This document shows positions 12,601 through 25,600 of a stretch of DNA of 64,000 nucleotides, in pieces. The position numbers and the translations under genes are program-made. Within the stretch, counting starts at the first letter, position 1, and the number at the start of each line of letters is the position of its first letter. The notes below the pieces were generated by a model that did not search any database, had not been told where the DNA came from, and saw only the letters and a list, made by a program, of their open reading frames with translations. The stretch comes from Lama glama (lineage: Eukaryota), in assembly GCA_028534125.1 (NCBI GenBank), contig CM052818.1:6140001-6204000 (forward strand), given 5' to 3'.

Positions 12601-12860
12601 TAACTAATACCTTGGTTCCTTAAGACGCTTAAGTAATCTTGCCATGAGACTGTGCTGGGTGTGAGTAAACCTAAAGAAACGAGCGCCCCAAACACTGCCG
12701 TGCGGGTGTGTTTGCGTCTGAATGAGTGCCATTTTCCAACGGCATCCAAGAGAGCAGAATGCTCATCGTGCAGTGGATCAGGAGCTTGCCGGCAGAGCCC
12801 ACACGTGCTTATGCCACAGCCAGCCCTCCCCTGTGTTAATCCCCGGAGGGAACTGATAAA

Positions 12861-13094
12861 CAAGTGGCTCTCGACTGCGGTCATTTGGCCACGTCAAAAT
12901 TTGGCAAAATTTGGATAAACGTTTTTGGCTGTCACAATGGGTTGTAGGGGTTGGGGGAGAGGAGGAGTACACTACTGGAATCTAATAGATGGAGGCCAGT
13001 GATGCTATTAAACTTCTTACAATGCACAACACAGCCCCCACAATGAAGAACTGTTCGGCTCAAAATGCCAATAATGGAGATGTTGAGAAGCCTG
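12861..13094 (+). mobile_element. MER20 (hAT-Charlie DNA transposon)
   Basis: gtttttggctgtcacaat...ctactggaatctaatagatggaggccagtgatgctattaaacttcttacaatgcacaacacagcccccacaatgaagaa...gttgagaagcctg follows the recalled MER20 consensus end to end. Confidence 0.85.
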
Positions 13095-13886
13095 GGTGAG
13101 ACCAAAGATGACAACTTAAAACAGTTTAAGAGAAGCACACAGGACTATCCAAAAATAACAAGCTCAGAACAGCTCACCCATTCAAAATTACTGAATAAGG
13201 ACTACAAAACTTTCAAAACAGTAAGCGTCATTTGTTGGAGTATCCCAAAAATTGAAAGACCTCAGCTTGCCTTTTCAAAGTTAAACATTTTAGGCACGTG
13301 GAAAACTCCCAAAATTAGGACTTGAGATTTAAATGAACAATCTGCCTTTATTCTGGTACCAAAGGCTCTTTCTCTCACAAATAAAGGTAGGATGATGAAC
13401 CCCCCAACCCCCATCCCAGTCATCCCACGCTTACACCAGGACTCACTCATGAAGTCATGTTGTGTGTGAGATGGCCAACAGGCAGGATTTTATTTTAAAA
13501 TGATCACTACTCAAGGTTATCAAGTGCAGTCCCGACTCAGGGTGGTCAAACATGAAGGGCTAGCCTTGTATGGCACACAGACATATGGTTTCATTTACCT
13601 TAAAATAGGTTATCTTTTCCTAAATCCTGATTCCTCCCAAAATTATTTCCTTCCTTGTGCACTGTGACTCAAATGAAATAAAATGTGAAGTTAATTCCTG
13701 ACCATTTAAAATGTAAATACTACTTGCAGAGATGGACTTTCAGTCATTCAGATCTTAGCATGAGGCAGTGATAAACGTTCGCTGGATTTCTTACATCTAT
13801 TTCTGATGACTATGGAAAAGGTGAAGAGATGAAGCTACAGATGAACAAGTCTCATAATCATTTACTTTTCAAAAATTAAAGCATTT

Positions 13887-13978
13887 GGCAGGGAGAGTAT
13901 AGTTCGGTGGTAGAGCACACGTGTAGCACATGTGAGATCCTGGGTTCAGTTGCCAGTACCTTCATTAAAAAAAAAAAT
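13887..13978 (+). mobile_element. tRNA-derived SINE (Vic-1-like, camelid)
   Basis: gggagagtatagttcggtggtagagcac (A box) ... ctgggttcagttgccagtacc (B-box-like), then an A tail. There is an imperfect TSD: aaaaattaaagcat / aaaaattaaggtat. Confidence 0.8.
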
Positions 13979-16799
13979 TAAGGTATCCAGGGAGGCCCAG
14001 GAACCCCAGAATATCCTGGTTTCAGCCAGCCACACCATCCTAGGAACAGTCCAAAAACCTACACGCATAGCGGACAACGGTGAGAACATTTGCCCCTTTT
14101 TAGCAGGTGAGGCTTTGGTCCCAAATCCCGAGAGGATCTCAAGCTGTAGTCAGCTCTGCTGCCTGCCAGAAGTCCTCCTGGCCAGATTAAGAAGGCTAAT
14201 GTAGTCTTCTTTTCCCTGAACTTTACTCTAGTTTCCACTTCGCTTTTTAAAGGGAGTGGGGACATCTCTTTCACAGTAGAAAGGGGGCACCTCCCAATGC
14301 TGGCCCCTCCCAATGCCGGCCCTCTAAAGGGAAGACCAACTAAAGAAAGAACAGGCCATACAGAGAGAAAGAGACAGACAGACCCCACCAGGCCTTCCTC
14401 TGAGCACAGCAAGTCTCTACACAGCCCCACCTTGCCTCTCTAGGCCCCAGAAGGATCTGCATCTAGAAAGACTAGATGCCATGAGATGGGCTTATTGACT
14501 CCATTCTGGCTAAGGCTCTACACATCAGAAAATGGGACCCAGTGAATGCCCTCAGTCCTGACCAACCCATGCACAGGCACACTCCTCTTCCTTGGAGATG
14601 GGGTCCAACCTCGGTAGGGGGACTATGACCAGCCCTTAAGCCAAAATGATTCACAAGGAGTTTTGATGGAAATGTGGAGGAATGAGGAATCAAGGGATTC
14701 TAGGTTTGTGGTCTTGAAGAGCAACAAGCTGCATAGAGAATCTGCCTAACCAGGAGGCAACATCGAAGTTCAGAGAATCAGGAAAACGGGGTCAATGCGT
14801 TAGAAAGGAGCACCGGAAGTGGCTGTGGGACAGCCATGGGCAAATAAACTTTTGCAAGATCTTGCTTTAATGTCTGAAGATCTTTTCCTATTGATGGCTC
14901 TGTGATCAAGGTAGAGATGACCTCTAGGATGACCCCTCTCCTCTCCCAGAGATGTCCACCCACAGACAGAACTTCTTAACCAAACACCAATGGTTCAAGC
15001 TGCTGTTCAGGCAAATTTAAATTGTGGCACTGTATACATCATAGCTCCAGCCTAAGTCACCTGTGGAAGACTCTGGGAGTCTTCACAGAGATTGCTGAGA
15101 TATCAAGATTACCCAAAAGACAACCACCATTGGGGATTTATGTCCTAAGCTGCAGGAACTAAAACTGGCTGCAGCAAAAGGTAAGAAGCTTGAACAGACT
15201 GGCAGTTTCTAAAAACACTCAGAACCATTATTTGAGATTAACTGTACCATCACGAGGCCCCACTTCAACATGCTGTGCAGGTTAATGGTAAACAAGACAT
15301 CCACACTTGCTTACTCTTTCCCACAGTGCCATCCTGGGTTGGCTGGTGGAGGAGGGACTCCAGTGCAGCAAGCTCAGCATTTTTATCTACCAAAAATTTA
15401 CTCCCAGCTACTCTTGTTTCGTCCCGAAGTTGTGAACAAGCCCATAGATAGACCGATTTGAGATTCATGAGTACTCTGCTGAAGAGGAAAGAAGCTATGA
15501 AATGGCCCCAGAGCAACTGGCAGAAGTGCGGAAAAAAAGAGGCTTAGAAAATCCACCTAGAATACATACAGCAAATGTTCCATCCCATTTTTATTGTTGT
15601 AGATTATTTGCCGCACACTGGCTTAATTGGGCAAATGTACCCTCCTGGCATGTCCTTAGGAGAAGACAGTCATAGAGGGAAAGTCAGGCAAGATTAAATT
15701 CAGCATATGCAAAATTATGATTGCATGCAGGCTGAAAAGAGTTAATTTTAAGTGCTTTAGGTAAAAGAGTTTGATAAGGACAGCAGTTGGGGGAGAACTT
15801 GCCAAAGTGAACCTGCCCTTGGTATAAGGACATAAATGCAAGGCTGGCTGCTACTCAACAGGGAGGTAACCTCAACACTCATCATCATCCCTTCAAATTG
15901 GGGTCAGTCCTGGGGACGTGTCCACGGCTGTAAAGATGTATATTTGTGGCACTACCTGAATGCAGCAGCTTGCTGGCCAGCCAGGGAGGGACTGCCCACC
16001 CAGCAGGGCTTGTCTCTGGATTTCAGAGCCTGTCTCTATCCCGTCAGCCCAGCCCCCACTACTATTTTCTGTCTCATCCTAGTTCCCTTTCTTCCTCTTT
16101 TCTCCCTGCGCTTGTTCTGAGCCCTTCCCTATGGGCCTGACTTGAAAACAGCAGCCAAGCTTTAGCTCCTTAATTTATTTCACTTGGAGTTTTCCGATTT
16201 AAAGCTTTCAGGAGTTTCACTCACATTATAATTCTGATTAAGTGGCGCCTGCTTTGCCTCCCTCCTAGGCTTGTTATAAGAACAGGAGTGTTGGGTTCTT
16301 CTTGTCTATAATAGGCCCCAGAACTCCCTAGAGGGAGGTTTTATACTTAAGACAACAAAAATAACTCTCATTTCAATTAATAAAAGAAAAATGAGGCTCC
16401 CCACGTAGAATCTCAATAAGCCTCTGGTATATTAAACATTCAGGAAAGAGATCTGTTGAAGACTCAGCCTGTTATGACCCAGGAGGGGCACCATTGTTAA
16501 TGGGGCTGGGAAGCAGATGACACTAGGTGATGTTCAGGGCTGCCAGTTGCCACAGCAACTTGAAATATCTCCAGCAGCGATCTCACTCCTATGTTAAAGA
16601 ACCACATTCTTGAAGCAGAGAGGTGACAGAGGTCTGATCAGCTTCCCTCTGACAAACATTCTCTAACTTACTCACTCTCCCCTCCATTAGATATAAGGCT
16701 TGGGGAGGCACTTCTAATATGTTCACTATCTTATTTAACCTCAAGCTTGCTCCAATATAGGACAGTTCTTCCAAACAATAATGTAATTTTGAAATGAGG

Positions 16800-16900
16800 T
16801 GGACCACGGTTTCAATCCAGCCTCTCTCTACAAGCTATTTTGGTGATTCTTGCCAAGCTTAACTTCTTCAATGCTCAGCATCCGCTCTTGGAAACTGGGA
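16800..16900 (+). mobile_element. MIR 5' part
   Basis: ggtttcaatccagcctctctctacaagctattttggtgattcttgccaagcttaacttcttcaatgctcagcatcc resembles the MIR B-box and core. Confidence 0.55.
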
Positions 16901-16901
16901 T

Positions 16902-17280
16902 TGTGCGTTAGTTTTTGCCACCTCATCTCAAAATCACACTCACAGGTCTGCCAATAGATGTAGGTCTACTGGAATTGGCCTGGATCAGGAGGGCTCAGCT
17001 CTATGCTGTGGGTTGGGTTCCCATGCTTCTGTTTTCTCCTTGAACCAGTTGCAGCCCAGGGAATGTTTCTTTCCCGGCAAGCCACAGGAGCACAGCGGGC
17101 AGGCCAAACTGTGCAAGCACATCTAAAGTTCCTGGCCAAGTCATGTCTGCTAAAATCTCACTGGCCAAAGCAGGTGAATGACCCAAAGTCAAGCAGGGGG
17201 GAATGCACTCTATTACCGCTCCTTCCCATGGAGTCTCTGTAAAGCCCCAGAGGGAGTGAAGAATTGAGGTCCAATCTCTC
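16902..17280 (-). mobile_element. MaLR LTR (MLT1H/I/J-like)
   Basis: ggccaaactgtgcaagcacatctaaagttcctggccaagtcatgtctgctaaaatctcactggccaaagcaggtgaatgacccaaagtcaag is typical antisense MLT1. Confidence 0.7.
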
Positions 17281-17390
17281 AAAACTGGAATAACCATCAC
17301 ATAAAGGTGTAGAAAACAATAAATGAAATAAAAATATGTAAAGGCCAGGACAGAGTATAGCTATTATTACATGTCAACAAATAGTGCTTC
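17281..17390 (+). mobile_element. MIR 3' part
   Basis: cacataaaggtgtagaaaacaataaatgaaataaaaatatgtaaaggccaggacagagt resembles the MIR tail. Confidence 0.5.
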
Positions 17391-18207
17391 TCATAACTAT
17401 GCCTGTCTACCTGAAAGTTCCCAAATGAGCCAGGCATTATTTTATCACCCTTTAATGAATTTTATTCACTGTAATTACTAAAATATAGCTCCAGGCTTTT
17501 ATGCCCTGTCTCTATGCAACTCTGATGACACAGGTAAGCCAGCGCAAGCTATCGAGAGGCTTGCACAAACTTAGAAGCTGGAGACGTTTGTCCTCGGAAC
17601 CTCAGGCTCCCTGTTCTGAGTGGCTTCCTCCAATTACTCTGGCCTCATTTAACACAACAAAGAAGGTCTCCAAACACTCAGTCCTATGTCTTTGCCTTAA
17701 TTAGACACCATCAGTACGTCAGGAAAATCAATGCCCCCTTCTCTCTACATCCACGTGAGACTAATGGGAGAACAGACATGGTGATATGGTGGTTGATTTC
17801 CAGTTTCTCCTCGTTTCCACTTCCTTCAGGGAAGGGCCTTACAATCGGGGAAGGGATGTCTGTTTTAACCTCTCATGATGATCTTAGGGCCCCTTCCCCT
17901 GGAGCCATAGTCCCTCCCTCCTGTACCATTTCACATACACAGTCACCTACCTCCCACTCATCCTTCACATGGCACTTCAAACCAAAGTGCCCAAAATATA
18001 GGGCCCACTCAAGTTAGCAGGGACTGAGAAGCTTCAGAACATCTCAAAGCACTCTAGGAGAACTAAGTCTTTGCAGCTGAAATGATGGCATTCCTAAGTT
18101 GAAATTTCCACTCTATCAGCCCTTAGGTGGACTCAGGGCACATTATTTGGACTCTTTAGGACACCTTTTTAGTAATTATAAGGTGATATTTAAAAACATA
18201 TGCCTTG

Positions 18208-19893
18208 CAATCTACAGATTTAATGCAATCCCTCTCAAATTACCCAGGACATTCTTCACAGAACTAGAACAAATCATATTAAAATTTATATTGACTCACA
18301 AAAGACCCAGAATTGCCAAAGCATAACTGAAGAAAAAGAATGAAGCTGGAGGAATAACCCTCCCAGACTTCAGACAATACTACAGAGCTACAGTATTCAC
18401 AACAGCATGGTACTGATACAAAAACAGACATATGGATCAATGGAACAGAATAGAGAGCCCAGAAATGAACCCACAAACTTCTGGTCAATTAATCTTTGAT
18501 AAAGGAGGCAAGAACATACAATAGAATAATGACAGTCTCTTCAGCAAATGGTGTTGGGAAAACTGGACAGAAGCATGTAAACCAATGAAGTTAGAATTCT
18601 CCCTCACACCATACACGAAAATTAACTCAAAATGGCTTAAAGACTTAAACATAAGACAAGACACAATAAATCTCCTAGAAGAAAATATAGGCAAAACATT
18701 ATCTGACATACATCTCAGCAATGTTCTCCTACAGCAGTCTACCCAAGCAATAGAAATAAAAGCAAAAATAAACAAATGGAATCTAATTAAACTCACAAGC
18801 TTTTGCATAGTAAAGGAAACCATAAGCAAAACAAAATGACAACCTATGGAATAGGAGAAAATATTTGCAAAAGATGAGACTGACATGGGCTTGATTTCCA
18901 GAATATATAAATAGCTTATACAACTTAATAAGAAAAAAAAACCCAATTCAAAAATGGGCAGAAGACCTAAATAAGCAATTCTCCAGTGAAGACATATGAA
19001 TAACCAATAGGCACGTGAAAAAATGCTCAATATCACTAATTATCAGAGAAATGCAAATCAAAACTACAATGAGGTATTGCCTCACACCAGTCAGAATGGC
19101 CATCATTCAAAAGTCCACAAATGACAAATGCTGGAGAGGGTGTGGAGAAAAAGGAACCCTCCCACACTGGTGGTGGGAATGCAGTTTGGTGTAGCCATTG
19201 TGGAAAACAGTATGGAGATTCCTCAAAAGACTAAAAATAGATTTACCAAATGATCCAGAAATTCTAATCCTGGGCATAACCAGAGAAAAATCTTAATTCA
19301 AAAAGACACCTGCACCCCAATGTTCATAGCAGCACTATTCACAATAGCCAAGACATGGAAGCAACCTAAATGTCCATCAACAGATGACTGGATAAAGAAG
19401 CTGTGGTATATTTATACAATGGAGTATTACTTAGCCATAAAAAATAATAAAATAATGCCATTTGCAGCAATATGGAGGGCCCTGGAGAATGTCATTCTAA
19501 GTGAAGTAAGACAGAAAAAGAAAGAAAAATACCATATGATATCACTCACATGTGGAATCTAAAAAAAAAAAAAGACAAATGAACTTACTTATAAAACAGA
19601 AGCAGACTCAGAGACATAGAAAACAAACTTATGGTTACCAGAGGGGAAAGTGGTGGGAAGGGATAAATTGGAAGTTTGATATTTGCAGATACTGACTGGT
19701 ATATTTAAAATAGATAAACAAATTTACACTGTATAGCACAGGGAACTGTATTCAGTCTCTTGTAGTAGAATATGGTGAAAAAGAATATGAAAATGTATAT
19801 ATGTATATTTTTGTATGACTGAAGCAATGTGCAGTACACCAGAAATTGACACATTGGAAACTGACTATATTTCAATAAAAAAGTAAAAAAAAA
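18208..19893 (+). mobile_element. 5'-truncated L1 (~1.7 kb): disrupted ORF2 C-terminal part and 3' UTR
   Basis: Translates to [53 protein letters not shown] and [29 protein letters not shown]. It has multiple stops, AATAAA with an A tail, and a TSD core atgccttg at 18200-18207 and 19894-19901. Confidence 0.95.
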
Positions 19894-20269
19894 ATGCCTT
19901 GAAATATTGCTGATGGGATTGGATGAGATTATTTACCACTGAGAAAATACCTACCAAGTGCTGTGTGTGCCAGGTTCTAAAGATGAAGACGTAGCCACTA
20001 CCCTCCAAAGTTTACCATCTGATCCCAGGTAAACCATCACCACGTAAACTGTCACTATTATTATCATTTATATTCATACTGGTGGCAACATGGGAGATAC
20101 TTAATAAGTGGCAAGCACAAGAACCCTTCTACAGGAAAGAACAGCAGACTTATAGCTGCGCCAGGGTGCTGGAGGCCACCTACTGCGCCAGGATCGTGAG
20201 GAGTCATGGCCTGGTGACCTTGGGGGATAATGACCAGGGAGGCCATGGCATGATGGCCACACAGGGAAC

Positions 20270-20335
20270 TCAAGGCAGCAGCTATTTACCACCCAGTAAA
20301 GAAGCATTTCAATATTTTAACAACTGGTATCGTGT
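20270..20335. mobile_element. Possible old hAT-Tip100-like (MamTip-type) DNA transposon fragment
   Basis: cagctatttaccacccagtaaagaagcatttcaatattttaacaactggtat resembles a recalled terminal region of such elements. Confidence 0.35.
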
Positions 20336-22699
20336 TAGTATTTAAAATACTATGATTTCATTTATTCTCAAGTATTATATTTTAAATAATAAATGTGTAC
20401 TTATCATTTAAAGTCATATCATACACTTTTGATCGTTCTCTTTTCCCCCTAAATGCTGCAATAAAGGAAGACAGCTATCTTAACATATGTTGCTTTTTCT
20501 GACCAATAATGCAAGGAAAATTTATCCACTTCTGAAACGCACACACCATACAGCCAAGGAGGAGCCATTCTGCCACAGGCACTAAAGATGCCTCCCCAGC
20601 CACTACAAATGGGCCCAAAGCAGAGTTAAGTGACTCCAAAGTCAAGGTTGAAGGAAGCATCACCATGTCAGATGTCAGGGATTCTAAGCCTGCATCTGGA
20701 GGCTCCACCATCCTGGGGGTCTCCTGTGCCAGCAGGACTCATTTCCTCTGGGATGTTTGAAGTTTCTCTTAAGTCCACAAGTTGATAAGTGACAGGGAAA
20801 GGGAATAATTCCATGACATTCCCTCCAACCAGAGTAAAGCACGGGCTTGAGACAGCGTCAGCCTTCTGCCAGTATCATGTTTACTCGGCAGCATTCATCC
20901 CTCCCCCCAAATACGAATGATTGAGGTAAATGAAGTAACATATTTCAGCAAATGAAAAATATTCCAGTCAAGGAAAGAGTGAAGAATCAGAAAATTCCCA
21001 TGCATAATGGAGAAAATTCTTGTAAGAATCAAAGCAAGTAATGGTGCATTTTTACCTAATTCTGGCTTAGGGTCGCGGTGGCTCAGAGCTTACAGAAATC
21101 AACTGATCCATTCAGTCTAGAAACCTGAAGGCCAGTGAGGTAAGGAGACCTGAACTGACTGAGGACTCCTGATGCTCAACCCAGGGGCCAGTTACATCAC
21201 ACTAGCTTTTCGTTCTCCCAACTGCAGAAAACAAAAGCACGCGCCCACGCACACACACCGCCCCCTCCAACACACACACACACAAAAGGAAGACACTGAG
21301 GAGTAATCAGTGCATCATGAGACAGGCATTCTTGGAAAAGAACTGTGATAAAATATTCTCCAAAGAATATACAAACACAGACGTTTAAGATTATTATTCT
21401 AGTTGCCAAGACAACAAGAGAACAAAATCAGAGAAAGAAATAGCCAAGAAATCTTCCTCCAAGCTCTACACCCAAAGAACAATGAGACTAACAGTAAGGG
21501 ACCTCTCACTTTGGGATTATGGGTGCAAGGAAGACACCCAGGAGCAAGATACAGCTGATCACAGAACCCTGAGATGCCCCCGCCCACAGAAGTACCACAG
21601 AGCAAAAGTATTCAACATCAGTGTGCTGCAGGCCAGAGTGATCTGAGGACTAATTCCATGCACATGTGCCTAGGAGGTTTGTTTAGGGGAGAGCAAGCCA
21701 AAAGCCAACTGCAGAGTTCATTTTAATAGCACTGAGGTTGTGTGCATGTCTAATCATGGGATCAGCAAATTACATGCCTGGTGCATGGACCATATGACCT
21801 TTGTGGGATTGTGGAACAACTGAGTGCATTTGGGAGAAACACTAAGAATTCACTGAGCAGAAGGCCAAGTTGCGAAGCTGTTGCACAGAGCAGGCGAGCA
21901 GCAGTGATGAGCAACGTGCTTTTGAGCATCTCCTAAGCCTGAGGCACTAAACTAGGCACGGCAGGAGGATTCATTCCAACCCAAGTCACTCTAGAGAAAA
22001 CTGCATTAACTCCTTTAATGAATGGGCACTCCACAAAGGAGGCTCTAAGCGCTTGTCATCCAAGGCAGACAGGAGAGCACAGGAGGGAAGCAGGGAAAGA
22101 ACTGCCTTCCATCCCTGTCTGCCTCACTGTGCCCACTCCAGGCTCTCAGAACTCATGGAATACAAAACCCTTGAGGCTCTTGAGCATTTAAAGCCCTTAG
22201 CAGACTAACATAAAGTAGTTAAACAGATGGTGAGTCAGGAAAGGAAGAACTAACAGTCACACATCGCCCTGCTCTCTTTTTGGCCCAGTCCTGGTTTCCC
22301 CACCTCTCTCCAGTACATCATCGTCTCCACACGGGAGCACATTTGTGTGCACACACACACCCACACACAACACACACAGAGGAGTCACCAGGCTGTGGTG
22401 GGGAAAAGGCTTGGGCAAGATTAAGTCCTAGAACTTTGGCAACAGGCTATCATGAGAGGCACCAGAAATGCCAGGAGAGGAGACCACACTGCCTGAGAAG
22501 CCTCTGACCTGAACTATAGACGAAAAATGTTGAGACATCCTTCCTCCAAGAAAACCCTCTGGAACTTAAAGCCAAACGCTACACAGAAATGGTGTCATCA
22601 ACACAGGAATCTTGCCTCCTTTTATTTAATGCTTCCCAAGGATACCCTCTGTCTGAAGGTCTAATTTCAAAGCATCTAAGAAGCCAGGTTTTGTGAGCT

Positions 22700-22790
22700 C
22701 TCTAGACTCCGAGCTCCTCAAAGGCACAGGCTATATTTTTGTCATCTTTGTGCACCAGTTCCTGGCACATAAGAGGTCTTCCTAGATGCC
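22700..22790 (+). mobile_element. L2 3' fragment
   Basis: tagactccgagctcctcaaaggcacaggctatatttttgtcatctttgtgcaccagttcctggcacataagaggt. Confidence 0.6.
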
Positions 22791-23544
22791 TCCTGTCTTT
22801 GGAACGGCCTGTCCACTCCACATGCCCACACTACAAAGAGAAATCCAACTCCTCTGTCTCTTACCTGAGATTATGAAGATCCCAGTAAACCATCATTATT
22901 CACATTCATCCTGCACTATTAGCAACGTGTGAGGAGTTAACAGGTGGCCCAGCACGAGGTCCCACTTACAGGACTACAGTAGGGTACAGGATCTTGCCTC
23001 CTCTGCCACTTCTCTCCACCTGTCCATTCAAGGGCACAAATATTCCAGGTACAGTTGTTGGCATTAGGAATATATTCACCCCACGGTCTTCCTGGAATGG
23101 TCATCCAGCCAATCCTATTTTTGGACCAATCGTTAAATAAACACTGATCCGGAGAGAACCTACTGTATGCTAGAGTATGTCCTGAGCACTCTCAGGACAA
23201 TGCTGACCATGCCCTCAGCACCTAAGCATCCAGCACAGCAGCTGAGCCTATGAACAGCAGAGGAAAACTGGGCAAACTCAGCAGAATGGAGATGGCCCCA
23301 GGAAGAGGAAAAGTCACTGAATACTTGTAACATACTGAGGAGGGAGCCTGCCATCCAGCCTACTCAGGCCTATGAGGCTCGGGGCCTGGCCAGAGCTGCT
23401 TCCCTGAAGACAGGGGGACTTACAGAACCAGGAGAGTCAGCCCTGAGTGGAAATGGGAAGAAGGGAAAGAGAAACCAACATGGACTGAGCACAGCCAAGG
23501 GCCTTTATAGCCACTATGTCATGTCATTCTCTCAGCAGCTCTTT

Positions 23545-23897
23545 TGTCATGAACTTCTGTCATCACTATGCTGATGAACATCCAAGCCCTCTTCCCATCT
23601 GGAGAACCCTCCACTGTCTTGCCCAATAGGATGTCCAGCCCCAAGCAGGCTTACGTGTGGAGCAAGTACCAAGAGTAACAGAGCTGAAAGCCATGTCGCC
23701 TCCCAGAGCCAGGGTGTCACACAGGGGTGCACCCGGAGCTGCAGCGTCCTGACTGCACTGCTCAACTTCCCTTGGTCTCTGCCCATGTTCCAACCCCATT
23801 TCCTCAATTCTCTGCATTATCTGATATCCTTCAAATGGATTACTTTTCTGCTTGAGTCATTTTTGGCTGCTTCCCATGAAGAACGCTGACTAATACA
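23545..23897 (+). mobile_element. ERVL/MaLR-type LTR (family uncertain)
   Basis: Ends ttttctgcttgagtcatttttggctgcttcccatgaagaacgctgactaataca, the characteristic class III LTR 3' terminus. Confidence 0.5.
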
Positions 23898-23919
23898 CCT
23901 GCAATACAGACATCACAAA

Positions 23920-24020
23920 CTGCATTTTACAAATAAAGACACTAAGGCTCGGTGACGTGAAGCACATAGCCTATTAGAGACAGAGGTAGAATCTAAGCTC
24001 TGGTCTTCTAGCTCACACCC
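23920..24020 (-). mobile_element. MIR fragment
   Basis: gcattttacaaataaagacactaaggctcggtgacgtgaagc...agaggtagaatctaagctctggtcttct. Confidence 0.55.
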
Positions 24021-24044
24021 AGGGATGTTTTCTCTAATTGTTGG

Positions 24045-24549
24045 GTTCATCAGGACTCCTTGATTGCAAGTGATAGAAAAAAATGACCACTGAAACTGGA
24101 TTAAACAAAAAGGATATGTGCTGGTTGAAGAGTTGAGATGTAGAAAGCATGTCTGGCTCTGCTCCACAAAGGATATTGAGACTATCCATTGCTGGTGTCT
24201 GGTATGTGGACCTCACTCTTCCATCATGGTGGCCTCCTCCAGCTTACAGTCTCATAACCACAAACCCACTAGGAAAGGGAGAATTATTTTCCCCCAAAAA
24301 TGAATGAAAATTTTGGGTTTTACTCCCATTGAGCCATCTCAGTGGCCAGAAACGGGACATATTGCTGGTCAAGCCTGTCTCACCTGTGCCCCCACCCTCA
24401 ACCACAAACAGTCTGTGATGGAGGTAACCCCACTCAAACTTCACCAGCTGACGCTGGTGGAGTGACAGTTCCCAAGAGGATAATCACAGTCCTTTCCCAG
24501 AAGAAAGGTGAGTAGATACTGAGTGGCAGAAACAGCAGGTGTCCACCAG
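24045..24549 (-). mobile_element. MaLR LTR (MLT1K/L-like)
   Basis: Starts tcaggactccttgattgcaagtgatagaaaaaaatgaccactgaaactggattaaacaaaaagga and ends cagaagaaaggtgagtagatactgagtggcagaaacagcaggtgtccac. Confidence 0.7.
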
Positions 24550-25364
24550 TGTCTACTCTTCCTACAGTATGGGGGACTCTCACGTCTCCAGCCCTTCTCC
24601 ACACTGCAGTGGAGCCTTTCTCCAAAACTAAATCCTGCCACCCACCAGTCGCCTCTTCTTCCTTCCAACCAAAAGTTCCTTTCAAATTATTTGTACACAT
24701 TATACACGCTAGACACTTAAATTACTCCTTCTATGCTTTTGCATTTTAAATCAACGTAGCAAGTCTTTTGGGGGGCCACTGGGAAGGCTGTATATTAAGG
24801 GAGGAACTGTAGAGAGGGTGGAGGAATGATTGGCTCATCATGGCTTTTTCAGACCCCTGAAATCATATCATAGGGGCAGCCAGCCACTCTGGGTCCAGGT
24901 CAGTAGGACTTGGTCTCAGGATCCCAGACCGGAGGTTAAGTTCCAAAGCACATCCAAGGGAGTGTGCCAGGGCTCAAACTGCTAAGGAGAATCCTGTCCA
25001 AGCAGCTTATAGAGAAAGAAAGCTTTGAGGTGGGCATTTGTTGCTGGAGCTTGGAGCCAAGGGACTAGAGAGCCACAAAAGATGAGAGCAAGGAGCAGTG
25101 GGAGGAGCTGAGTGTGACGCTGATGCTGGAGAAGGCAGGCAGATGGAGAGGAGCTGTTTGTTTCCCTTGGCCTGCCGTACAGTACGCTGGCTCTATGTAA
25201 GGGACTGGATTGAACAAAACTTTGGCTTCCATTAAAGGCCGCCCCCAGGGCCCTGCCCAGCCTGTTCCATAGGTCTAAATTCTTTTCCTCTTTGCCCCCA
25301 TTCTAATGTTTTTCCTAGAACTAAACCTGCACCTAGAGGCTGATCTTTACTAACAATTGAAAGA

Positions 25365-25600
25365 CTTCAGTATTTAGCAAACACCAAGCGTTAGCCAAGC
25401 CTTGGGCTGGGTGTTGGAGATACCCCCTAGGGTGATCGTCAGGTGAAGAGGGTGTCATTTTCAACCTTAGAAAAATTTGCTGAGGGTGGGAGAAGCAGCT
25501 TCGAAAAATGAGTTTTAAAAAATGATGATAAAATATTGGTTCTGTGACAGAGGCTTATACAAGGTTACCATAGGAACTCAGAAGAGGAGCAATTAACCCA
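25365..25600 (-). mobile_element. L2 fragment
   Basis: gtatttagcaaacaccaagcgttagccaagccttgggctgggtgttggagata...aaggttaccataggaactcagaagaggagc. Confidence 0.5.

Noticed and set aside
18485..19036. Longest ORF (183 aa, minus strand) as a membrane protein gene
   Set aside because: It lies wholly antisense to L1 ORF2. Phe/Leu/Ile-rich antisense L1 ORFs are a well-known artefact.
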